Shown here one piece after another: positions 56,467-64,000 of a stretch of 64,000 bases of DNA (positions within the stretch are counted from its first letter, which is position 1; the number at the start of each line of letters is the position of its first letter). The notes under the pieces are model-generated. The model saw nothing but the letters and a program-made list of their open reading frames with translations. It made no database searches and was not told where the DNA came from. Source of the DNA: an uncultured Candidatus Saccharibacteria bacterium (GTDB taxonomy: Bacteria > Patescibacteriota > Minisyncoccia > Phycocordibacterales > Zambryskibacteraceae); assembly GCA_964355645.1 (NCBI GenBank), contig CAYHDI010000001.1, forward strand, positions 92,897 to 156,896. Direction: 5' to 3'. The translations under genes were made by a program, and so were the position numbers.

Positions 56467-56585
56467 TTTTTAATTTGGTCTTTGTCATATAGTTAATTTG
56501 ACATTATGTAATTTTTCTTTATAGTTGTTATAGATTTTGTTGGGCCAGATTGTCTCCACCGAATATCTTCCAAAGGAGTAGACAA

Positions 56586-56948
56586 GTGTCAACCTTCCCG
56601 AAATGCCCCAATTGTGGTAACACAGATGATGGCGACAGCATTTGGACCTGTCGCGATTGCGGTTTGGTTCATTGCAAGGAATGTGATCCTCCTAATGGGT
56701 CATGCCCTTCTTGTGGTGGTTCTTGCAAGGAAGCTGGAACTATCGACAGTTCGAGTGGCCAGGATGAAGATGACGATGTTAGTGGATTCTCATCATGCCC
56801 AAATTGTGGCAAGAACGACGATGGTGATAGTATCTGGAAATGTGGACATTGTGGCCTTGTCCACTGCAAAGACTGCGACCCAGATGATGGAGGATGTCCG
56901 TCTTGTGGTAGCAATGATGTAAGCATTATTGGACATATCGACAGCTAA
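56586..56948 (+). CDS. Tandem-duplicated zinc-finger protein (2 x four CxxC)
   Basis: GTG start with AAGGAG SD and TTGACA-16-TATAGT upstream; unit CPNCG..DDGDSIW.C..CGLVHCK.CDP...CPSCG occurs twice. Confidence 0.75.
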   Translation: MSTFPKCPNCGNTDDGDSIWTCRDCGLVHCKECDPPNGSCPSCGGSCKEAGTIDSSSGQDEDDDVSGFSSCPNCGKNDDGDSIWKCGHCGLVHCKDCDPDDGGCPSCGSNDVSIIGHIDS

Positions 56949-57000
56949 AATAATTCAGAGACACCAAGTCAGGTTCCCTTGCCAAAATGCGGGGGAATTT

Positions 57001-57549
57001 TTATTTTGTATAAAGATAAAGAGTTTTTGCCAATTGATCGTTGTTAGTTTCTATCGAAATTGTTTCTATTGGTTTCCAATTTGGGAATTGATAATCGCAA
57101 GAAACGATTCGTGTCCCTATCCCGCATTCATTTTTTATTTTGGATTTCATCTTTTTCATTAAAGGAGAAGAAAGGTAACAATAAATATGGGTTGCTTGTG
57201 ACAGATTTGAATTTAAGATGTTTCCAAATTTAATTTGTACAGGAATCCTGCATGTATGAATTTTTGCACTGAGAAACGGCAAGATTCCAAATTCAATACC
57301 TACAGCATTAATCCCCGGCACATGTCTAACGGCTTCAATCAGTATTCGTGCATCCCCACATCCTAAATCATATAAAACACTTTCTTTAGATAAATTTAAT
57401 AATTTAATTATTTTTGTCAGAGCTCTTTTCCTAGTTGATACAAACGGAACATTTATAAACATTTGGTCTCTTAGAATAATTACAAAAATAATAGTGAAAG
57501 CTATGATTACAAACAAAAAACCAATAATTATCAAAAAAAGTAAATTCAT
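57001..57549 (-). CDS. Membrane-anchored class I SAM methyltransferase
   Basis: N-terminal TM, VPFVST, YDLGCGDAR, GIE, IYCYL. Confidence 0.85.
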   Translation of the reverse strand: MNLLFLIIIGFLFVIIAFTIIFVIILRDQMFINVPFVSTRKRALTKIIKLLNLSKESVLYDLGCGDARILIEAVRHVPGINAVGIEFGILPFLSAKIHTCRIPVQIKFGNILNSNLSQATHIYCYLSSPLMKKMKSKIKNECGIGTRIVSCDYQFPNWKPIETISIETNNDQLAKTLYLYTK

Positions 57550-57562
57550 AAATATTTCTGTG

Positions 57563-57967
57563 TCAACTTATGTGTTTTCGGATTTTGTCTCCGATTTCTT
57601 TCATTTTCTCAAGACTTTCGTATTTGGTTGGAGGAGAAAAATGTATCTCATCATTCGGATAGCGCGGAATTAAATGTATATGAAAATGAAGGACATCCAT
57701 TCCCCAAATAACCAAGGCAATCGGGTCAGCTTCCAGAGCATTTTTTAATGGTTGCATTAGATGCTTTGCTCTCAAAAACATATCTTTTATTAAATTGTCT
57801 GGTACATCCGGCATCCTTTCATAATGCTCTTTAGGTATTAAGAGAAGGTCACCACAAACTTGTGGACTAATGTCTAGAAAGGCCAGCATTTCATCATCCT
57901 CATAAACAATTTCAGCCGAAATTTCTTTTTTTATAATCTTACAAAAAATACAATTTGGATCAGTCAT
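57563..57967 (-). CDS. HIT-family hydrolase
   Basis: CIFCKII, AFLDISP, HFHIHLIPR. Confidence 0.92.
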   Translation of the reverse strand: MTDPNCIFCKIIKKEISAEIVYEDDEMLAFLDISPQVCGDLLLIPKEHYERMPDVPDNLIKDMFLRAKHLMQPLKNALEADPIALVIWGMDVLHFHIHLIPRYPNDEIHFSPPTKYESLEKMKEIGDKIRKHIS

Positions 57968-57973
57968 ATTATT

Positions 57974-58960
57974 TTAATACGATTGATAATTAACTAATTT
58001 TCCTGCCGAATCAAAGAGAGAAATTATTTCATAATCCTTGGCCCACAACTCCCATTTCTGCCCAAGGAAAATTCTCCACTCCGAGCCCGAGAAGTCTGGA
58101 TCGTTCTGATGATAGGCAAGACATCCAGGATAGCTGAAATGTGATTTGATAAATGCGACGCACGAACTGGATAGGGTACTGTTCCCGTCCACACATCCGG
58201 TGCATGAATTTCCCTGACTGTCGGTGAGACGACCTTGAGTATCCACGGTGTTGAACTTGGGAGTATGGCAACTCGACATGCCGGAGATATAGTCTCTACA
58301 ACCAGTGTCCAAGTTTTCTATCCCAGGCTCGTTGCGAGGTTGAACACAATTTGTTTGAAGTGAGGGGGTGAAGGAATAGTTGTCCAACTTTTCAATATAT
58401 CCAGTGCAGATATTTTCTTTGAAACTCACAATTTTGTAAGGAATATTTATTCCCATCTGTCCTGTAGTAATGATGGCTGATTCATTCGGTTTGAGCACAA
58501 TGTTTTGCATATTGTTTGCTCCGTTTGGAGAAAGGATATAGGTACCTTGTGGGATAGAGACTGCCTCCGAAGGGAAGTATTGCAGAGAACTCCCAACGTT
58601 GTAAGCTCTTTGTCCTTTGCCGTTTTGAAGTTTCCAACCAGTGATAATAATATGTTTTGAATCACCGTTGGACAGGCTGATGTATTCATCATCCGGTTGG
58701 AAAGAATAAGGCCCGTTGCCCATACTCAAAGATATTGAATTGGCAAAGATAGAATCTTTCGTAATGTTTGTGTTGGCTCCGCCTGAATTGTTTGAATTAA
58801 AAGGTTGGTTGAAAGAACCGAAATTTCCTCCAAAGAGTGAGGGTAAACTAGGCGTTGGACCGGGTGGAGTCTTCGGCAGAATGAAGAGTATTAAGATTGC
58901 CACGAGGCCCAAGGCCATGACGAGACCCTCAATAAACCCCGATTGATGTTGCTTTTTCAT
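57974..58960 (-). CDS. Membrane-anchored protein with lamin-tail-like domain
   Basis: N-terminal TM; EYISLSN..IITGWKL..IP.G; FKENICTGY; ISLFDSAGKLV. Confidence 0.6.
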   Translation of the reverse strand: MKKQHQSGFIEGLVMALGLVAILILFILPKTPPGPTPSLPSLFGGNFGSFNQPFNSNNSGGANTNITKDSIFANSISLSMGNGPYSFQPDDEYISLSNGDSKHIIITGWKLQNGKGQRAYNVGSSLQYFPSEAVSIPQGTYILSPNGANNMQNIVLKPNESAIITTGQMGINIPYKIVSFKENICTGYIEKLDNYSFTPSLQTNCVQPRNEPGIENLDTGCRDYISGMSSCHTPKFNTVDTQGRLTDSQGNSCTGCVDGNSTLSSSCVAFIKSHFSYPGCLAYHQNDPDFSGSEWRIFLGQKWELWAKDYEIISLFDSAGKLVNYQSY

Positions 58961-59009
58961 ATATTCATCATAATACAATAAGGGCGAATTCGCATGCTAA
59001 ACTAGGTCG

Positions 59010-60692
59010 ATGACCTTTCCTGAAATTTTTGAAGTTTTGCTTGAAGAACGAGGACTAGTAGGTGATTCTCGAGAAGAATTTCTGCATCCTGATTATGGGA
59101 AACTCCACCATCCCTTGCTTTTGCCGGATATGGAGAAAGCTCGAGACAAAGTGATTGAAGTCATGGGTCGAAATGAGCACATTGTGGTTTTTTCTGACTA
59201 CGATGCGGATGGAATTCCCGGAGCAGTAGTGCTCTCGGACTTTTTCCATCGGGCGAAATATGAAAATGTTTCATTTTATATTCCACATCGACACGATGAA
59301 GGCTTCGGTTTGAACATGGAAGCAGTGGATGAGATGGCCGAACGTGGAGCGAAGCTTATCATCACCGTGGATTGTGGAACCGCGGATATAAAGGAGGTGG
59401 CGAAGGCAAACAAAAAAGGCATGGAGGTGATTATCACAGATCATCACGAGAGTTCAAAATTACCCAAAGCGTATGCGATAGTCAACCCAAAGAGAAAAGA
59501 TAGTACTTATCCTTTCAATCCGCCAGCCGGCGGACTTTGTGGAGCGGCCTTAGCTTACAAACTAGTTCAAGCAATTCTTATGAAAGAAGAATCCGCCAGT
59601 TGGCGGATTGGGATTAAAACAGGACAAGAGAAGTGGTCGCTCGACATGGTGGGTATCGCCACACTTTCAGACATGGTTCCTCTCGTCGGGGAGAATAGAA
59701 TTTTGGCCAAGTTCGGTTTGGATGTTTTGCGCAAATCCCCGCGCCCCGGACTTTCAGCTCTCTTCAATAAACTCAAGATTGAACAAAGATTTTTGACCGA
59801 GGATGATGTCACTTTCATGATTACTCCGCGCATCAATGCTGCGTCGAGAATGGGTAAACCCGAAGATGCGTTCAAACTTCTTTCGACTACAAATATGTTG
59901 GAAGCCGTAAGACTGGCCGAACATTTGGAAAAAATAAACAATGAACGCAAAGGCACGGTCGCTGCACTTGTGAAGGAGGCGAAGAAACACCTCGAGGCTC
60001 GCGAAAAGATAAATTCGGTGATTGTGGTGGGGAATCCGGAGTGGAGGCCATCACTCCTCGGCCTTGTAGCCAACTCTCTCGTCGAAGAATATATGCGACC
60101 GGCGTTTGTGTGGGGAAGAGATGGAGATAATGTGCTCAAGGGTTCGTGTCGTTCATACAATGGATACAATTTGTTCGATTTGATGAACGGAGCAAAGGAT
60201 TCGTTTCTAGAATTTGGTGGACATGCTGGTGCGGGAGGATTTTCTGTGACCCTTGAGCAGATTACAAAGCTTGAAGAAAAACTTTCGGAAATGGTCGGGA
60301 AACACTCGGTGTCAAAGGATGCCCAGACACCGAGTGTTGAGGAGACCACGAAAAAAATTCAGATTTCACTTTCAGACATCGGAGAAGATTTGTGGAAAAC
60401 CGTAGAACAATTCGCTCCATTCGGTATGGGGAATCAGAAACCAATTTTCAATATCAAGAATGCAGAAATCAAACAAGTTCGACAATTCGGCAAAGAAAAT
60501 AATCATTTAGAGATTGTATTTAAAAGTGGAGCAAAGGATATAAAAGCCATCTCCTTCTTCTCTTCTCCTACTTCCTACTCCTTTCTCCCTACTCCAGGAA
60601 TCTCCTGCACTCTCACCGCCTGTCTCGAGAAATCCTATTTCCGCAATCGTCCAGAAGTCCGTCTTCGAATCGTTGATATTATTGAACAATGA
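59010..60692 (+). CDS. recJ: Single-stranded DNA exonuclease RecJ
   Basis: DYDADG, ITVDCG, ITDHH, PRINAASR, GSCRS, GGHAGAGG, APFGMGN. Confidence 0.95.
   Translation: MTFPEIFEVLLEERGLVGDSREEFLHPDYGKLHHPLLLPDMEKARDKVIEVMGRNEHIVVFSDYDADGIPGAVVLSDFFHRAKYENVSFYIPHRHDEGFGLNMEAVDEMAERGAKLIITVDCGTADIKEVAKANKKGMEVIITDHHESSKLPKAYAIVNPKRKDSTYPFNPPAGGLCGAALAYKLVQAILMKEESASWRIGIKTGQEKWSLDMVGIATLSDMVPLVGENRILAKFGLDVLRKSPRPGLSALFNKLKIEQRFLTEDDVTFMITPRINAASRMGKPEDAFKLLSTTNMLEAVRLAEHLEKINNERKGTVAALVKEAKKHLEAREKINSVIVVGNPEWRPSLLGLVANSLVEEYMRPAFVWGRDGDNVLKGSCRSYNGYNLFDLMNGAKDSFLEFGGHAGAGGFSVTLEQITKLEEKLSEMVGKHSVSKDAQTPSVEETTKKIQISLSDIGEDLWKTVEQFAPFGMGNQKPIFNIKNAEIKQVRQFGKENNHLEIVFKSGAKDIKAISFFSSPTSYSFLPTPGISCTLTACLEKSYFRNRPEVRLRIVDIIEQ
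60301..60338. repeat. REP doublet of the RAYT family inside recJ
   Basis: AACACTCGGTGTC-12 nt-GACACCGAGTGTT, translated as KHSVSKDAQTPSV. Confidence 0.85.
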
Positions 60693-60708
60693 TAACAATT
60701 TTTACTGA
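60687..60708 (+). repeat. 22-bp duplicate of the rnhA start
   Basis: CAATGATAACAATTTTTACTGA, identical to 61186-61207. Confidence 0.88.
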
Positions 60709-60723
60709 CGGTACGTTGAGATT

Positions 60724-60933
60724 TTATTCGAAGTCTTCTTTTGAGAGTTTGGATTGACGCAAGACTGAATGAAAAGTTCCCATTGGGATTTCTTTTTTAT
60801 TTGCGGGGATGATAACCACAAATCGTTTGGATTTAGAAACTAATTTTAGATGGCTACCTTTTTGAGAAACTATTGCAAACCCATTTGCTTCCAAAACTTT
60901 AACAATTTTTTTGGAAGAGTGGAGCCTAGGCAT
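60724..60933 (-). CDS. hicA: HicA-family mRNA interferase toxin
   Basis: LEANGF..SQKGSHLKL..VIIP..EIPMGTFHSVLRQ. Confidence 0.88.
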   Translation of the reverse strand: MPRLHSSKKIVKVLEANGFAIVSQKGSHLKLVSKSKRFVVIIPANKKEIPMGTFHSVLRQSKLSKEDFE

Positions 60934-61144
60934 ACTGAAGCGAGGTGCTTCGAATGACTGGATTTGTAACCCTAGTTACTTTATTTGTTTGAGTGTTTTC
61001 AAGATACAATTCAAGAGCTTCTCTTATATTCGCCAGAGCTGATTTCTGTGTCCTACCAAAACTTGAGATATCAATATTAAGACACTGGGCAACAAAATGT
61101 CTCCCTTCTTTCCAAATCACGATTTGTAGATTAACTTTTCTCAT
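60926..61144 (-). CDS. hicB: HicB-family antitoxin (short form)
   Basis: IWKEG..FVAQC..SFGRT..ALANIREALELY. Confidence 0.88.
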   Translation of the reverse strand: MRKVNLQIVIWKEGRHFVAQCLNIDISSFGRTQKSALANIREALELYLENTQTNKVTRVTNPVIRSTSLQYA

Positions 61145-61187
61145 GTTTTTATATTATCACATGCTGACCCATGCTACAATTCTATCA

Positions 61188-61691
61188 ATGATAACAATTT
61201 TTACTGATGGGTCGTCGAAAGGGAATCCGGGGCCGGGAGGATGGGGAGCGGTAGTTAGTTATGAGAAGACAGTAAACAGTACACAGCAAGAATGGATTAC
61301 AGAGCTCGGAGGAAGAGAAAATCATACTACAAACAATCGTATGGAATTAACCGCAGCGATTAAGGCTCTCGAATCTTTATCTGTGGGAGTTGAAGTTACT
61401 CTTTATTCTGATGCGACATATGTGGTGAAGGGGATGACCGAATGGATACACGGGTGGATGAAAAACAATTGGCGCACGAGTGCGAAGAAAGCCGTCGAGA
61501 ACCAAGATTTGTGGATGGATTTGTATCAGGCGAGTGTGGACAAAAAAATTCATTGGAAACTTATTGCTGGCCATGCAGGTATTCAAGCGAACGAAAGGTG
61601 TGATGAGATAGCCACTTCTTTCGCGGACTCCGCGCCGACTCATTTGTATAATGGTGCGAAGCATGGATATAAAATTTCTCTTAGAGCATAG
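61188..61691 (+). CDS. rnhA: Ribonuclease HI
   Basis: IFTDGSSKGNPGPGGWG, TTNNRMEL, VENQDLW, GHAG..NERCD. Confidence 0.95.
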   Translation: MITIFTDGSSKGNPGPGGWGAVVSYEKTVNSTQQEWITELGGRENHTTNNRMELTAAIKALESLSVGVEVTLYSDATYVVKGMTEWIHGWMKNNWRTSAKKAVENQDLWMDLYQASVDKKIHWKLIAGHAGIQANERCDEIATSFADSAPTHLYNGAKHGYKISLRA

Positions 61692-63165
61692 GCATCTAAA
61701 TATTTTTGTTTTCATCTGGAGTTTTATCTTTGGTATACTCGTCGCATCAATTGTTCATATTCAACCGCTTTTCGCCCTTTTAATTTTTGTTGTTGTCCTC
61801 GGAATATTTGCGGGTGAGAAAATTTTGCATAATGAAATATCGAAAGCGATTCTAATTATTATTTTGTCTTTGTTCGCGTTCGGTTTAGGAATTTTGAGGT
61901 TTGACATAAAGGATTTCCATCTCTCGGAGACGCCAGTATTCACCGGAGTGATAGTGAGCGAACCTGAAATCAGAGAGAAAAATATGCGTTTTGTTTTCCA
62001 ATCAGACAATGGAGAGAAAGTTTTGGTCAGCACCAATCTTTATTCTGATATTAGATATGGAGACAAAATTAAAATTGATGGGAAATTAGAAAAACCAGGA
62101 ATTATTGCAGAAAGTGATTCGGGTCGAGAGTTTGACTACGGCGCGTATTTATCCAAGGACGATATTTACTACACGATGAATTTTGCTCAAGTGAATGTGA
62201 TTTCTCATGATAATGGTAATCCGATTAAAGCCATGCTTCTAAAAATTAAAGAAAGTTTTATAAACAAAATGAAAAGTATTTTTTCTGAACCACAAGCCTC
62301 GCTCCTCGCGGGATTGTTGGTATCAGGCAAACAAGCTTTACCTACTTCAATTCTCGATGAATTCAAGCGAGCGGGCGTGGTGCACATCGTGGTACTCTCG
62401 GGCTACAACATTATGATTGTGGCTGAATTTTTCAAAGATATTTTAAGTTTTCTTTCTCTGCGTATCGCTTCGAGTGTTTCAATCTTTGGTATTATTCTTT
62501 TCGTTCTTATGACCGGAGCTTCGGCTACGGTGGTGCGCGCGGCCATCATGGCTCTCATTGCTGTCTCAGGCAAAATGTTTGGTCGAAGTTATTCGGCTCC
62601 ACGTGCATTACTCGTTGCTGGATTCTTTATGCTCATAGAAAATCCAAAAATTTTAATTTTCGACCCATCTTTCCAACTCAGCATGCTCGCCACTATTGCG
62701 ATGATTTATGCAGTACCTATCGTAGATAGGTATCTGTCCCGCGGAGCCTTGGCGAAGTGGGATAAATTCCGAGAAATTTTATCCGCCACCATTTCTACTC
62801 AAATCTTCGTTTTACCTTTTCTCTTGTATTCGATGGGGAACATTTCTGTTGTTTCTTTGTTTTCGAATATTCTGATTCTCGCATTCGTGCCTTACACCAT
62901 GCTCGTAGGTTTCATCGCGACCACTCTCGCATATATGAGTTCTGTTCTTGCATTTCCATTTACTTATATCTCGCATCTTCTACTCTCTTGGATTCTCTTC
63001 GTTGCCAACACTCTCGGCAACCTTTCGTTGGCCAGTATAAACGTTTCATCGTTCCCACTTTGGGGAATGATGGTGGTATATATTATTTATTTGGTTACTT
63101 TGAGACGTTTAAGCCCACCTGTGCGGTCAGGAAATTCTCTTCAATCTTTCCCCAATTCAAATTAG
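61663..63165 (+). CDS. comEC: ComEC/Rec2 competence membrane protein
   Basis: FDYGAYL, GVVHIVVLSGYNI, VVRAAIM, DPSFQLS; multiple TMs. Confidence 0.9.
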   Translation: MDIKFLLEHRHLNIFVFIWSFIFGILVASIVHIQPLFALLIFVVVLGIFAGEKILHNEISKAILIIILSLFAFGLGILRFDIKDFHLSETPVFTGVIVSEPEIREKNMRFVFQSDNGEKVLVSTNLYSDIRYGDKIKIDGKLEKPGIIAESDSGREFDYGAYLSKDDIYYTMNFAQVNVISHDNGNPIKAMLLKIKESFINKMKSIFSEPQASLLAGLLVSGKQALPTSILDEFKRAGVVHIVVLSGYNIMIVAEFFKDILSFLSLRIASSVSIFGIILFVLMTGASATVVRAAIMALIAVSGKMFGRSYSAPRALLVAGFFMLIENPKILIFDPSFQLSMLATIAMIYAVPIVDRYLSRGALAKWDKFREILSATISTQIFVLPFLLYSMGNISVVSLFSNILILAFVPYTMLVGFIATTLAYMSSVLAFPFTYISHLLLSWILFVANTLGNLSLASINVSSFPLWGMMVVYIIYLVTLRRLSPPVRSGNSLQSFPNSN

Positions 63166-63640
63166 CGAAGAAATCTTCAACATAATTTTTCTTTCCACTC
63201 GGTAGATAATCGGCGACGTATGAATGTTCCCACATATCGAGGGCGAGAAGTGGAACGCAGGCGGAGAGTTGCCCCAAATGCTGTTCATCAACCCAATTCT
63301 GTAAAAGTTGTTTCGATGTAGGGTCCCACACAAGCATGGCCCAACCCACTCCGCGCGTGAGAGCGAGGGCTTTAAATTTTTCCAAATCAAATCCTGCTTG
63401 AATCAAAGGACTTTCCGGTGAGAGTGGTTGTGGTCCGTTTTCGAAATGCGAGAAGTAAAGTTCGTGATTTCTCATACCATTAAATTCAAATGGGAAACGG
63501 CGATCATATTGTCCTGTGGCAAGTATCTCATTCGCATTCTTCACATATCCAGCATAGAGCTTCAAATGTTCCTCAATAGTTTTGGCTGATATTCCTTTTA
63601 ATGTTGGAATATTAAATTTTTGTTCTGTGAATGTTTTCAT
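63095..63640 (-). CDS. Fe/Mn superoxide dismutase family protein
   Basis: EEHLKLYAGYVKN, NHELYF, GVGWA, LALDMWEHSY..DY; start MKTFTEQ after TATAAT. Confidence 0.88.
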   Translation of the reverse strand: MKTFTEQKFNIPTLKGISAKTIEEHLKLYAGYVKNANEILATGQYDRRFPFEFNGMRNHELYFSHFENGPQPLSPESPLIQAGFDLEKFKALALTRGVGWAMLVWDPTSKQLLQNWVDEQHLGQLSACVPLLALDMWEHSYVADYLPSGKKNYVEDFFANLNWGKIEENFLTAQVGLNVSK

Positions 63641-63661
63641 AAGACCAATTATACTATGTTT

Positions 63662-64000
63662 ATGAATTTTATAAGAAAGAACTGGCGAGAGGTTGTTTTG
63701 GGTGTTTTGTTGTTCGCAAACATAATTGTTTGGATAACAATTTATGAGAAACGACCGAGCGATATTCTCCGGGTTTATTTTCTGGATGTTGGGCAGGGTG
63801 ATTCTATATTTATTGATTCTCCAACCCACGGTCGACTGCTCCTCGACGGTGGGCCGAATTCAAAGGTGCTCACGGAGCTTGGGAAAATTTTACCTTTCGG
63901 TGATAGACGGATAGATGTGGTTATAGAATCGCATCCAGATGCAGACCATATTGGCGGTTTGGTGGATGTGCTTAACAGATATGATGTTGGAACATTTCTA
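63662..64000 (+). CDS. ComEC-associated metallo-beta-lactamase-fold hydrolase (partial)
   Basis: Not in ORF track. MNFIRKNW..RVYFLDVGQGDS..LLDGG..SHPDADHIGG. Confidence 0.9.
   Translation, partial: MNFIRKNWREVVLGVLLFANIIVWITIYEKRPSDILRVYFLDVGQGDSIFIDSPTHGRLLLDGGPNSKVLTELGKILPFGDRRIDVVIESHPDADHIGGLVDVLNRYDVGTFL

Noticed and set aside
13124-60349. Long antisense ORFs (13124-13762, 30067-30870, 38512-39105, 50594-50989, 59567-60349 etc.)
   Set aside because: Shadows of well-supported genes on the opposite strand with no independent motifs.
60993-63829. Long N-terminal extensions of rnhA (60993) and SOD (63829)
   Set aside because: They overlap hicB and the MBL gene on the opposite strand; -10 elements sit just before the shorter starts at 61188 and 63640.
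1-64000. Alternative genetic code (UGA=Gly) as in Gracilibacteria/Absconditabacteria
   Set aside because: Core genes are full length under code 11, and several (e.g. recJ) end in TGA at the expected position.

Overview
Origin-proximal chromosomal segment of an AT-rich, reduced-genome bacterium. The gene set and protein styles point to Patescibacteria/CPR (Parcubacteria-like), using the standard genetic code (inference). It contains dnaN-oriC-dnaA / rpmH-rnpA-yidC and a chromosomal VirB4/PrgI/pilin/VirB6-like secretion cluster. Housekeeping genes include rsmA, pcrA/uvrD, comM, rpsO, a Xer recombinase, nusA, tig, clpP, rny, HU, cca, yraN, xth, gltX, tpiA, pgk, recJ, rnhA, comEC and SOD. There are also five tRNAs, an IS481-family element, a REP-associated tyrosine transposase and several toxin-antitoxin genes. 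The most unusual signals are: (1) an orphan PemK/MazF RNase followed by two convergent promoter-driven ~45-nt RNAs with the same structure but different sequence, and a similar convergent RNA after an NYN RNase gene; (2) a four-helix-bundle gene between inverted 7-nt tandem-repeat arrays, with an empty copy of the array pair nearby and other 7-mer arrays inside housekeeping genes; (3) a gltX / HemA-like / nucleotidyltransferase operon with no other tetrapyrrole gene in the window; (4) a pilin-like protein fused to a Hedgehog/M15-like Zn domain; (5) several palindromic element families inserted in frame in proteins; (6) self-contained orphan-gene cassettes, several flanked by duplicated gene ends or promoters. 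All calls come from reading motifs by eye; no database searches were run.
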